Source: an uncultured Lentisphaerota bacterium
GTDB taxonomy: Bacteria; Verrucomicrobiota; Lentisphaeria; Oligosphaerales; CAITYL01
Length of the DNA stretch: 38,643 bases
Reading direction: 5' to 3'
Assembly (NCBI GenBank): GCA_903896595.1
Contig: CAITYL010000338.1
Coordinates: forward strand, 1 to 38,643
Shown here in pieces: positions 1 to 12,331 of the stretch (the stretch's first letter is position 1; each line of letters begins with the position of its first letter). The position numbers were made by a program, and so were the translations under genes. Below the pieces are notes generated by a model. It saw only the letters and a program-made list of their open reading frames with translations, was not told where the DNA came from and did not search any database.

Positions 1-166
1 CAGCACTGACGAATTTGATTTGTGCTTGACCGGTCGGCGGTGACATAAAGCCGTGTTGGTGACGGTAGGGCGTGCGGAAGCACACGACAGCCGGGAGGTT
101 GTCACGTTTTTGGTGGAGTGGGCGGACGGACGGCGGGGCGGAGAGGGTCGGGTTACGGCCGGGAGT

Positions 167-1747
167 TCAACCGTCGGCGAAGCGCACCTGGACTTTGCGG
201 CCGTTCCACAGCGGGGCATCGTCCAGTAGCCGGGCGCGCAGGGATTCGATTAGGCGTTTGGCGTAGTTGCGCATGGTTCCGTAAAGTCGGGCGAAGGTGC
301 CGCGGACATCATCGGCCAGCGTGGCGAGCAGGTCGGTGAGGCTCACCAGGTTGTTGAGCAGTTGGGCCACCTGCAGGAGCAAGTAGTAGTTTTTCCAGGC
401 GTTGCCGCCCAGGCCGTAACCGTGTTCCATCTCGTAGCCGCCGTTCTTTTGGGTGTTGAACCCTTCGTTCTCGATTTTCCAGCGCAGCCGTCCATGCAGC
501 GCCAGGGAGAGGGCGTTTTTCTGGTTCGGTTTGAGGTTGGTAATCCAGGTGTTGTGGTAGGTAACCACGCCGCCAGCCGTGGCTTCGGTAAGGTCGATGA
601 CATGGTAAGTCTCCCGGTGATAGGTGACCGGGGTCTTCCAACAAACCCGGTGCGTCCCCTTCTCTGCTTGGCCTTTAATGGCGGCAAACACCGTGCGTGT
701 CCCGCTCCACATCCCGTCACCGGCGGGGAGTTGGGCGGTCACGGTGGGTAGCTTCTTGTCCTTGAGTGTGATCAGGAAATCCCACCCCAGTTCTTCGCAA
801 CGGCGGAACGTCTCCTCCTCCGCGAACAGACCGTCCCCCACCAACGCGATCTTCAATCGGGGATAGAGCCGGTGGATCTTCTCGATGAGCCGGCGGGACG
901 CCTTCAGCTCACAGTCCTGCTTGTCGAATTCCGCCAGCTCCATCGGGTTCTCGATAAACTCGAAGGCGAACGGCACGACCAGACCACAGGCGGTGATGAT
1001 CTTGGCCGCCAGGACATAATGCGAATAAGTGGTCTTGCCATCTTTCGTCTGGGTAAGCCACCCGCTACCAGTCGGATGCCCGACCCGCATCACCTGCACC
1101 CCGTCCATCGCCACCACCAAGTTGCCGTCCAGTAGGAACCGCCGCAACATCTTGCGTTCCCGCAATCGGCCGGCCATGAGGACGATGAGGCGTTCGATCC
1201 CCGCCGGATCGAGCCCTTCCATGACCTGGTTCATCGTATCCGTATGGCAAACCACTTCGCACGTCTTGCCGGCCAGTTTCCACACGTTCGCGGACAGCCG
1301 TGACCCCGTCAGTTCGCGCCCCAGTTGCCGGCGCGACCCGCACTGGCCGCCCAGCATGAGCAACCCCAGCAGCAGCAAATAATCCAGCGGAAACGTCGCC
1401 CGCTCGGGACGTTTCCGTGGATCCACCATCTCCCGCAACCACTTCAGGAAATCGGGGTAGATGTCCCGGGCGTGCCGCCAGGCGTCGCCGGCGTCGATGC
1501 CGCGCGCCGCCGGTTGCGGGCGGCGCCCCGGCTTGCCTTGACGAAGATCCGGATGGCCTCCTCCCCGAGTTCCGAAATCTCCCGCAGCAACACCTTCAAC
1601 CGCTTGTACTCCGCCGCCCATCGCGCCACTTCCTCCACCATGTCCCGCGGCACATGCACCGTGACCGTTTTCCCCCGCTCCTTGCGCGTCAGCACCCACG
1701 CCTCGTGGCGTTCGCCACTGGCGCACTTGCAGTTCGGGTTGCCGCAC
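167..1747 (-). CDS. DDE transposase catalytic segment (IS4/IS5 superfamily, DDE_Tnp_1-like). The meaningful reading begins near 1500; the Gly/Ala-rich first ~85 aa of the track ORF are out-of-frame overlap with orfA. A frameshift is implied, either programmed or a pseudogene.
   Basis: Conserved C-terminal HGRLRWKIENEGFNTQKNGGYEMEHGYG (the RWxIE/YREK-like block of IS4-superfamily transposases) and acidic residues in DGLFAEEE and LVGDG. The frame overlaps orfA between 1444 and 1747. Confidence 0.6.
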   Translation of the reverse strand: MRQPELQVRQWRTPRGVGADAQGAGENGHGACAAGHGGGSGAMGGGVQAVEGVAAGDFGTRGGGHPDLRQGKPGRRPQPAARGIDAGDAWRHARDIYPDFLKWLREMVDPRKRPERATFPLDYLLLLGLLMLGGQCGSRRQLGRELTGSRLSANVWKLAGKTCEVVCHTDTMNQVMEGLDPAGIERLIVLMAGRLRERKMLRRFLLDGNLVVAMDGVQVMRVGHPTGSGWLTQTKDGKTTYSHYVLAAKIITACGLVVPFAFEFIENPMELAEFDKQDCELKASRRLIEKIHRLYPRLKIALVGDGLFAEEETFRRCEELGWDFLITLKDKKLPTVTAQLPAGDGMWSGTRTVFAAIKGQAEKGTHRVCWKTPVTYHRETYHVIDLTEATAGGVVTYHNTWITNLKPNQKNALSLALHGRLRWKIENEGFNTQKNGGYEMEHGYGLGGNAWKNYYLLLQVAQLLNNLVSLTDLLATLADDVRGTFARLYGTMRNYAKRLIESLRARLLDDAPLWNGRKVQVRFADG

Positions 1748-1863
1748 TTCACCCCCACCTTCGCCAGCGAACCGGCAATGAACGGCTGGAGTTGCGCGAG
1801 TTTCTTGAGTCGGGCGTCCCGCCGCTTGGCGAGCGTTCCCAGTGATGCCTGCTTGATTGTCAT
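1444..1863 (-). CDS. Transposase N-terminal segment (orfA-like, Cys-rich zinc-ribbon-like region). The likely start is ATG at 1863 (MTIKQ) with a GGAGG RBS.
   Basis: The motif CGNPNCKCASGERHEAWVLT, the RBS ggagg 8 nt upstream, and the continuation into the DDE ORF in another frame. The upstream part of the track ORF (1864-1950) lacks an RBS. Confidence 0.5.
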   Translation of the reverse strand: MTIKQASLGTLAKRRDARLKKLAQLQPFIAGSLAKVGVKCGNPNCKCASGERHEAWVLTRKERGKTVTVHVPRDMVEEVARWAAEYKRLKVLLREISELGEEAIRIFVKASRGAARNRRRAASTPATPGGTPGTSTPIS

Positions 1864-2273
1864 TTTAAACCTCCAAACTTGGTAATATATATATTTCCAA
1901 GTTTTTGTCAAAGAAAAATATGTCGCGACAAAAAATATCGAACAACCCACCGCTGTCAGAGCAAATCAGCGCGACAAACGGCTAATTCGTCAATGCTGGG
2001 AACGGGGTGTGTCATGGGGGGCTTGGTGGGGCGGTTGCCGGGCCGCCGCCGGCCGGCGCAGGAGGGAGGGGGGGATGGATTGTTGAAAATTTCACAGGAA
2101 AGGGGTGGGTTTTGCAAGCCTTAATTAGCTTAATTACAAAGAGATAAAGCTTAAAACCCCATTAACTCTTTTGACCTCAATTGATTTGCCGCCGCCATGG
2201 TTTTAGCGTGCTGGCGGTGAAGGGATTAAATATTTAATAAAAATACAACAGGCAGTGGTTGCTTTTTTTTTAC

Positions 2274-2289
2274 CCACTAGGTATAGTGC
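2274..2289. promoter_or_regulatory. Candidate NrdR-box-like palindrome upstream of nrdD.
   Basis: ccACTAggTATAGTGc matches the ACACwAtATaTwGtgt-type consensus at about 12/16. It lies in an unusually AT-rich 5' region about 180 bp upstream of nrdD. Only one box was found. Confidence 0.25.
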
Positions 2290-2466
2290 TTTACGGGTTG
2301 GGTTTTGGGTTTGCACCGTGTCCGTTGAGGTCAGCGGGGGGGTAAGCGAATTTTCAGGATGCTGACAGCGGGGCGGCGGCGGGGTGGGGGTGCTGGGGCA
2401 AGGTGGTATTTTTTCGGACGTCACTGAACGCGTCCGTGTTTTTAATGAACTACGAGGGATGTCATT

Positions 2467-5187
2467 ATGATCAAGCAGACTGAAGCGGTGTTCCATGGAT
2501 TTCGCAAGCGCAATGGCATGATGGTGCCGTTTTGCCGGGAAAAGATCGAGGCGGCGGTGGCCAAGGCGGCGGATGTGGTGTTCCGGAAGGATGGCACGGT
2601 GGTCGGGTCCGACCTGCCGGAGCGCATCACCAACGGGGTGATTGAACAACTGGACGATTTGGGCAGCGAGTACTATGTCGCCCCGGATTCCAAGGGCCAG
2701 CGCATTCCCAAGATTGAGGATGTGCAGGATTTGGTGGAGATCGCCCTGATTGACGGCGGGTATTCGGCCATCGCCAGCGTGTACAAACGCTATCGGAAGC
2801 AGCGCGAGAAAGCCCGGACCCGCATCCATGTGCGCAACCGGTCGGGGGCGGAGGTGGATGTGACCGACGCCAGCCTGTTGCTGGTTCAGTCCACGACCGG
2901 CAATCTGACGCACCCGTGGAACCGGCAAAAGATCGTTGAGCAGTTGCAGAACGAGACCGACCTGTCCATCGAGGTCGCCAACAGTGTCGCCAAGTCGATC
3001 GAAAACCATGTTATCACCGGCGATTATCAGACCATCAACACCACGCTGATCCGGGAGATGGTCAACAATGAGTTGGTTGAGCGCGGCTTCCATACGCAAC
3101 TGCGCGACTTGTCGGTCTATGGCATCTCGAAGAGCTATGTCGAGAGTTTGATGTTCACCAAGTCGACCGAGAATTCCAATATTGTCAACAACAATCCCGA
3201 AGCGGTGAACTTGGGGTTGGCCGAGCTGGTGCTCAAGCAATGGGCGCTGGACACCATCTTTTCTCCCGAGGTCAAGCGCGCCCATGACACGGGCGCCATT
3301 CACCTGCACGACCTGGGCTATCCGCACCGGGTGTACTGCTCCTCGCACTCAATCGAGTATGTGAAGAAATATGGGTTGTGCGGCCTGTCCAACCTGAACA
3401 CCGAGAGCCGGCCCGCCCGCAGCGCCTCGGTGCTCACCGGGCATCTCAACACCTTTCTGGCCTCCATGCAGGCCAATTATGCCGGCGCCCTGGGGATTGC
3501 CTACATCAACATCTTCTATGCCCCCTATCTGGTGGGCATGGGCGCGAAACAGCTCAAGCAAGTCGCCCAGGAACTGATCTTTAATGGATCCCAAAACGCC
3601 TTCTCCCGTGGCGGCCAGACGCTGTTCCTTGACTTCAACATCCACACCGGGGTGCCGCGCTATCTGAAAGCCGTTCCCGCCATCGGGCCCGGCGGTCACT
3701 ACCAGTTGCGCCTGGCCGATGGCCGCATCGTGGAGTTGGAGGAACAGCTCCGCGACGACACCGACTCCGGCGGCAACGCGTTGATGAACTTGTGTTATCT
3801 CGATCCCGAGCAGGGGCCGCGCCTGGTTCTGCGCGAACTGCCTGACGCCACTCACGGCATCGTTTATGACCCGCAGGTCGCGGCAGACCTCCACGCCCGT
3901 GGCGAAAAGATGGTCACCTATGGCGACTACATCGCGGAAGCCCGCAACTTCACCCGGGCCCTGCTCGACGTGTGGCAGGACGGCGACCGGCACGGCCGGG
4001 TCTTCGAGTTCCCCAAGTGCGACTTCCATGTCAGCGATGAGACATTCAGTGACCCCGAGCAGTACGCCATCTTCATCAAGGCGTGCGAACTCGCCAGTCA
4101 CAACGGCTCCACGTATTTCATTTTTGATCGTGACGAGGTGACCCTTTCGGCCTGCTGCCGTCTGCGCACCACCATCAGTGACAACCGGATGCTCCGCCAT
4201 CCCGAGAACATGCGCTTCTGCGGGTTCCAGAACGTTACCATCAACATTCCCCAAGCCGCTTTCCGCGCCGCCCGCAACGGCAAGAACGGACTGGACGGTC
4301 TGTTTGAAGAGTTGGACCGCACCATGGATTTGGTGGTCGAAGCCCACTTGCAGAAGAAAGAAAAAATCTCGGTCATGATGTCCGGTCCCGGCCGGCCCTT
4401 GTGGCAGATCGGGCAGACGGCCAATGACGGCAAACCGTATGTGGACCTGGAGAAGTGCACCTACATCATTGGCCTGATCGGCCTCAATGACGCCATCAAC
4501 TTCATTCTCAAGCAGGAGTTGCACCAGACCGATGAGGCAATGGACATTGGCCTGCGCATTATTGCCCACATGTATCTGCGCACCAAAAAATTATCGAAGA
4601 AACACGGCCTCAAGTTCACTCTGGAGGAGTCGCCCGCCGAGAGTGCCGCCCGCCGCCTGGCCAAGACCGATCTTACCTTCTTCAAGGAAGAGGCGGCGCA
4701 GGTGATCAAGGGCGAGACGACGGATGTGGCCTTCTACACGAATTCCGTCCATCTGGCCGCCGACGCCCCGGTCAATTTGGTCGAGCGGATCCGGTTGCAG
4801 AGCATGTATCACAGCCTGATCGAGTCCGGCGCCATCATTCACGCCTTTATCGGTGAAGAACGGCCCGGCGCCGAATCCATTGCCGCCTTGATCACCGATG
4901 TCTTCCACCGCACCCAGGCGGCCCAGGTGACCGTCTCCCCCGAGTTCACCTACTGCAACAGCTGCCAGTTCATCGACCGTGGCATCAAGAGTGCCTGCGG
5001 CAAGTGTGGTTCCGACAATGTGGTGGGCGAAACCCGTGTGGTGGGTTATTTCAGCAAGATTCAGAACTGGAACAAATCCAAGCGGTTCGGCGAACTTCCC
5101 GCCCGTCAGCGCGGCAATTATGCCGTCATTGCCGGCGAGGACGCCATGGTCGAGGAAGCCGCCGCCCCGGTCCCCGCCGCCACCTGA
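2467..5187 (+). CDS. nrdD: Anaerobic (class III) ribonucleoside-triphosphate reductase with an N-terminal ATP-cone.
   Basis: N-terminal ATP-cone-like VFHGFRKRNGMMVPFCREKIEAAV, an internal CCRL loop, a C-terminal Cys4 zinc ribbon (CNSCQ...CGKCG) and the glycyl-radical motif TRVVGYFSK at the extreme C-terminus. RBS gaggga. Confidence 0.85.
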   Translation: MIKQTEAVFHGFRKRNGMMVPFCREKIEAAVAKAADVVFRKDGTVVGSDLPERITNGVIEQLDDLGSEYYVAPDSKGQRIPKIEDVQDLVEIALIDGGYSAIASVYKRYRKQREKARTRIHVRNRSGAEVDVTDASLLLVQSTTGNLTHPWNRQKIVEQLQNETDLSIEVANSVAKSIENHVITGDYQTINTTLIREMVNNELVERGFHTQLRDLSVYGISKSYVESLMFTKSTENSNIVNNNPEAVNLGLAELVLKQWALDTIFSPEVKRAHDTGAIHLHDLGYPHRVYCSSHSIEYVKKYGLCGLSNLNTESRPARSASVLTGHLNTFLASMQANYAGALGIAYINIFYAPYLVGMGAKQLKQVAQELIFNGSQNAFSRGGQTLFLDFNIHTGVPRYLKAVPAIGPGGHYQLRLADGRIVELEEQLRDDTDSGGNALMNLCYLDPEQGPRLVLRELPDATHGIVYDPQVAADLHARGEKMVTYGDYIAEARNFTRALLDVWQDGDRHGRVFEFPKCDFHVSDETFSDPEQYAIFIKACELASHNGSTYFIFDRDEVTLSACCRLRTTISDNRMLRHPENMRFCGFQNVTINIPQAAFRAARNGKNGLDGLFEELDRTMDLVVEAHLQKKEKISVMMSGPGRPLWQIGQTANDGKPYVDLEKCTYIIGLIGLNDAINFILKQELHQTDEAMDIGLRIIAHMYLRTKKLSKKHGLKFTLEESPAESAARRLAKTDLTFFKEEAAQVIKGETTDVAFYTNSVHLAADAPVNLVERIRLQSMYHSLIESGAIIHAFIGEERPGAESIAALITDVFHRTQAAQVTVSPEFTYCNSCQFIDRGIKSACGKCGSDNVVGETRVVGYFSKIQNWNKSKRFGELPARQRGNYAVIAGEDAMVEEAAAPVPAAT

Positions 5188-5212
5188 TCTGTTTTTTTGA
5201 GGAGTTCCCGTT

Positions 5213-5623
5213 ATGTCCGAAAAAACCTATTGTGTCACCGTGTTTGGCAAGGCCGGTTGCGACAAGTGCAAGGTTTTGCAGAAGCGCTTGGACGACATCC
5301 TGGCCAAGCCCGAGTGGAGTGATTTTGAAAAGGCGTATGCCGATGTCGAGACGGAAGACGGCCTGGTGGCGTTCTGCCGCGCGGAGTGCGTCAACCCGGC
5401 GCGCGTTCCCGGCTTTGTCGTGTCCCGCCGCGATCCGGTTTCCGGCCATTACCAGTTGGTGCTGAATCCCGAACCCGGGAAAGACGCCCCGGTGCTCAAG
5501 AAGGCCGGGCTGTATACCTACATCGGCTTGCAGACGGACTACACGGACGACGGGCAGGGGGTCATCACCCCGCGCATGATCACTACCACGCTCGAGGCCG
5601 CCCGCAAAGCCAGCGCCGCCTAG
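5213..5623 (+). CDS. Small CxxC thioredoxin/glutaredoxin-like protein (possibly NrdH-like) co-transcribed with nrdD.
   Basis: VTVFGKAGCDKCKVLQKRL fits the beta-CxxC-alpha start of a thioredoxin fold. RBS gaggag, 25-bp gap after nrdD. No radical-SAM CxxxCxxC motif, so it is not NrdG. Confidence 0.45.
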   Translation: MSEKTYCVTVFGKAGCDKCKVLQKRLDDILAKPEWSDFEKAYADVETEDGLVAFCRAECVNPARVPGFVVSRRDPVSGHYQLVLNPEPGKDAPVLKKAGLYTYIGLQTDYTDDGQGVITPRMITTTLEAARKASAA

Positions 5624-5702
5624 CCTGAATTATTCATGAATTTGAACAGGAGAGATCAGGAGAGAACGGAGAAAAACTTCTCTGTGACCTCTGCGGCCTC
5701 CG
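5624..5702 (+). repeat. Copy 1 of an ~80-nt repeat family (C) that begins immediately after a stop codon.
   Basis: About 90% identical to the reverse complement of 35856-35945 (cctgaatKattcatgaatttgaacaggaga...ggagaaaaacttctc...cctctgcggcctcc). Confidence 0.5.
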
Positions 5703-5814
5703 GCGCCATTAGGCGAAGGGGTTTTATTCGCATTCTGGCGTGCGCCGGTGTGGCAAAGGGCTTGTACGCCCGTCGGAACGTTGCCGGCGCGATGCGACCG
5801 TCCCGGCGAAACAC

Positions 5815-6846
5815 CTACGATGTCGCCAAGACGGCCTCTTTGTAGTATTCCACCTGGCCGGCCTCCGCGAATGTCGCGACCCGCCGGACGAGGGCCAGCC
5901 GGTCGGCGTCGTTCAGCGTGTGGAACTTCCGGCAGATGGCTGCCTTGTCCCGGACGTATTCGGGCTTTTCCGCTCCCGTGATCAGCACGGCGGTGGGGAG
6001 CGACCAGACGAACAGCAGACACTCTTCCAGCGACAACCGGGCCGGAACGATGGGGTTCCCGGTTTGCCAGGTGATCTGGCCGTTGACGGTTTTTTCGGCA
6101 AAAAACCGGCCGTCGGCGAGCGTTTTCATGGCCAGGACGCCCAGGCCATGCTGGACGGCTTTCGGCAGCGCCGATTTGGCAAAACTATGCGCGGCGGCGG
6201 TGTCCACCGGATTGACCGGCATTTGGCAGGCGGCGAAGGGCATGTCCTTGCCATAGCGTTCCATGATCTTGGCCAGCGCGTAGGGACTGGCATGTCCGGT
6301 GAAGCCGAGGTGGCGGACCACCCCCGAGCGCTTCGCTTCCAGAAGAACCTCGACCACGCCATTGGCGATGCGGGTATCCACATCCTCCGGGGACTCCAGG
6401 GCATGGAGCTGCCACAAATCAATCACGTCGGTCTTCAGGCGCCGGCGCGAGCCGTCGAGATGCGCCCGCGCCGTGGCCGCATCCTTGGCGGTGGTTTTGG
6501 TCATCAGGAACACGTTGTTGCGGAACTTGGGCACCAGATAGGTTCCATACCGCTGTTCGCTGACCCCGGCGGCGTAGCTTTCCGCCGTGTCGAAAAAGCG
6601 GATGCCTTCCATGAGCGCCGCCTCAATGGTGGCTTGGGCGCGCGCCTCGGTGGTCCAGCCGATATGATAGCCGCCGAGACCGAGCATCGTGACCGCTTCG
6701 CCGGTGCGGCCCAGGGCGCGTTTGGGTAGGATGGCGCCGCTGGCATCGGTACTTTTTTCGGCGGCGGTTTCCGCGGCGGCAAGGCGGGACAGCGCGCCCG
6801 CGCCCGCGAGTCCAGCCAGGGTGATCAAAAACTCTCGCCGTTCCAT
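5815..6846 (-). CDS. Tat-signal aldo/keto reductase family oxidoreductase.
   Basis: Twin-arginine N-terminus MERREFLITLAGLAGAGAL, AKR-like core (GIRFFDTAESY, LGFTGHASP). Confidence 0.85.
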   Translation of the reverse strand: MERREFLITLAGLAGAGALSRLAAAETAAEKSTDASGAILPKRALGRTGEAVTMLGLGGYHIGWTTEARAQATIEAALMEGIRFFDTAESYAAGVSEQRYGTYLVPKFRNNVFLMTKTTAKDAATARAHLDGSRRRLKTDVIDLWQLHALESPEDVDTRIANGVVEVLLEAKRSGVVRHLGFTGHASPYALAKIMERYGKDMPFAACQMPVNPVDTAAAHSFAKSALPKAVQHGLGVLAMKTLADGRFFAEKTVNGQITWQTGNPIVPARLSLEECLLFVWSLPTAVLITGAEKPEYVRDKAAICRKFHTLNDADRLALVRRVATFAEAGQVEYYKEAVLATS

Positions 6847-6966
6847 AAGTGTTTAGGTGCCCAGTGGCGGTTGCTGACGGTGATTTTTAGCAGCGGTAAC
6901 TCTAGTGTGCCGAAATCGGGAGATCAAGCGCGCGGGCGCCGTGGATGCATAACGGTTTTCTCGGAC

Positions 6967-7090
6967 GATGTTGGGAACCCCCTTTTGCGGATTCCGCAGG
7001 CAGCCCCGCAGTCCCAGTCATGGTCAGTCGCCCGAGAGCTGCCTGCGGAATCCGCAAAAAGATCCAAAAGTTTTGGGAAGGGGGTTGCAG
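6967..7090. repeat. Composite palindromic MITE/REP-like element (family A/B, copy 1) in the divergent AKR/pfk intergenic region.
   Basis: Inner perfect inverted repeat cttttgcggattccgcaggcagc / gctgcctgcggaatccgcaaaaag with a ~33-nt loop, flanked by gatgttgggaacccccttttg and ttttgggaagggggttgc arms. The modules are shared with 31845-31988. Confidence 0.55.
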
Positions 7091-7289
7091 AGTGAACATG
7101 TGAACGACCCGGCGGGGCCGGGACTGCGAAGCGCGAAGCGCGGAGCGTGGGGGAAGCACCCTTTTTCAAAAGGGTAGGCCCCAATATCGTCCGACAAGAA
7201 GGTCCTGAATCTGCTGCTCTCGCACTGACGCCGGGCATTATAGTAGGCGTCATTGTTGTGGCTTCATTCCGGCAAGGAGTTTTCCGCCC

Positions 7290-8621
7290 ATGACCGAACA
7301 GCAGCAGGCCCGTGCCCTGGCCATCCAGGCGCTGGATTTTTCCATTCCCACGGTGGGTGAGCCGACCCTGCCGTCGCCGGTGGCGGCCGGCTATCAGATC
7401 CCGGACGACCGGCGGATCAGTTATTTTCACGATTTGGAAACGCTGGCGTTTCTGGGCGGGCGCGGGCCGCTGCCGGCGTTCGAGGCGGCCGGGCCGCGGG
7501 GCCGGCTGTTTCATGACCCGGCCTGGACCCGGGTGGGCATTGTCACCTGCGGCGGGCTCTGCCCCGGCATCAATCATGTCATCAAGGCGCTGGTCGAAAC
7601 GCTGTATTTCGTCTATGGCGTGGAAAATGTCTTCGGCATCCGCTACGGTTACCGCGGTCTGGCGCCCCAGTTCAAGTTGGAGCCCATGGGGCTGGATCCC
7701 GAGGTGGTGGACACCATCCACGAGAGTGGGGGCTCGATCCTGGGCTCGTCCCGCGGTCCCCAAGATCCGGGCGAGATGCTGCGCACTCTGGACCGGCTGA
7801 ATCTGAGCATCCTCTTCACCATTGGCGGTGACGGCACCCAGCGCGGTGCCTTGGCACTCGCCAACGCCGCCCGGGAACGGCGGCTGCCAATCAGCATCAT
7901 CGGGGTGCCCAAGACGGTTGACAATGACCTGGATTTTACCGACATCACCTTCGGTTTCCAAACCGCCGTGCATGCCGCCGCCCCGATCATCGCCTGTGCC
8001 CATGACGAGGCCAAGGGCGCCTACAACGGCATCAGCATTGTGCGCCTGATGGGACGGGACTCCGGGTTTATTGCCGCCTTTGCCTGCCTGGCCAACCCGG
8101 TGGTCAACCTGTGCCTGGTTCCGGAATCGCCGTTCACCCTGGAAGGCCCCGGCGGGCTCCTCAACTGGCTGGAACGCCGTTTGGAGAAAAAGCATCACGT
8201 GGTGATCGTGGTGGCGGAGGGGGCCGGTCAAAACCTGTTTGCCGAGCAACCGGACGTCAAGGACGCCTCCGGCAATGTGCTGCACCGGGACATCGGCACC
8301 TTCCTGCGCGACCGCATCCATGAGCATTTGGCGACGAAGAAGGTGGAGCACGCCATCCGCTATTTCGACCCTAGCTACCAGATCCGGGCCGTGCCCGCCG
8401 AGGGCACCGACGCCGTCTTTTGCGGCCACCTGGCGGAGAATGCCGTGCATGCCGCCATGGCCGGCAAGACCGGCATGGTGGTGGGGCACTGGAACGGCCA
8501 GTTCACCCACGTGCCGATCCAATTGGCGGTGCAGGAACGCCGCAAGATCAATCTGGATGGCCAGCTCTGGCGCAACCTCCTCAACGTCACCCGCCAAGAA
8601 GCCTATCTGGCCGCGACCTGA
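7290..8621 (+). CDS. pfkA: 6-phosphofructokinase. Its GGDGT plus PKTVDND combination leaves ATP versus PPi dependence undetermined.
   Basis: Motifs GGDGT, PKTVDNDL and MGR; RBS aaggag. Confidence 0.9.
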   Translation: MTEQQQARALAIQALDFSIPTVGEPTLPSPVAAGYQIPDDRRISYFHDLETLAFLGGRGPLPAFEAAGPRGRLFHDPAWTRVGIVTCGGLCPGINHVIKALVETLYFVYGVENVFGIRYGYRGLAPQFKLEPMGLDPEVVDTIHESGGSILGSSRGPQDPGEMLRTLDRLNLSILFTIGGDGTQRGALALANAARERRLPISIIGVPKTVDNDLDFTDITFGFQTAVHAAAPIIACAHDEAKGAYNGISIVRLMGRDSGFIAAFACLANPVVNLCLVPESPFTLEGPGGLLNWLERRLEKKHHVVIVVAEGAGQNLFAEQPDVKDASGNVLHRDIGTFLRDRIHEHLATKKVEHAIRYFDPSYQIRAVPAEGTDAVFCGHLAENAVHAAMAGKTGMVVGHWNGQFTHVPIQLAVQERRKINLDGQLWRNLLNVTRQEAYLAAT

Positions 8622-8645
8622 CGGCCGCCCCAAGGGGGGGGCTTT

Positions 8646-8688
8646 CGATTGCAATCGACTGCGGCCGGTTGCAGTCGATTGCGGTCGG
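8646..8688. repeat. REP-like GC hairpin element between convergent pfk and PFOR genes; probably also a terminator.
   Basis: cgattgcaatcgactgcggccggttgcagtcgattgcggtcgg. It shares gcaatcgac / gattgcagtcg modules with 28860-28900. Confidence 0.4.
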
Positions 8689-8797
8689 TGGGACCCGATC
8701 ATCTTCGGGCTGGCACCACAAAAAAACGCGGCCCGGCGCGCCTGGGAGGCGGGCCGGGCCGGCATGAGGCGGGAACGATGGGCGTTCCTGCTGTGAC

Positions 8798-12331
<3,534 letters not shown>

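Larger units (their letters stand above)
1..1998 (-). mobile_element. Insertion sequence with imperfect terminal inverted repeats and an internal two-frame DDE transposase. The left end coincides with the window start and may be slightly truncated.
   Basis: nt 1-19 (cagcactgacgaatttgat) match the reverse complement of nt 1980-1998 (cagcattgacgaattagcc) at about 17/19. The two transposase ORFs sit between the repeats, and the size of about 2 kb is typical of IS4-superfamily elements. Confidence 0.55.

Noticed and set aside
2203-3348. 381-aa minus-strand ORF overlapping nrdD.
   Set aside because: It is antisense to a well-supported gene in high-GC DNA, with no motifs or RBS. It is a typical GC-driven open frame.
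3349-4569. 406-aa minus-strand ORF inside nrdD.
   Set aside because: Same reason: antisense high-GC frame with a low-complexity Gly/Ala/Val composition.
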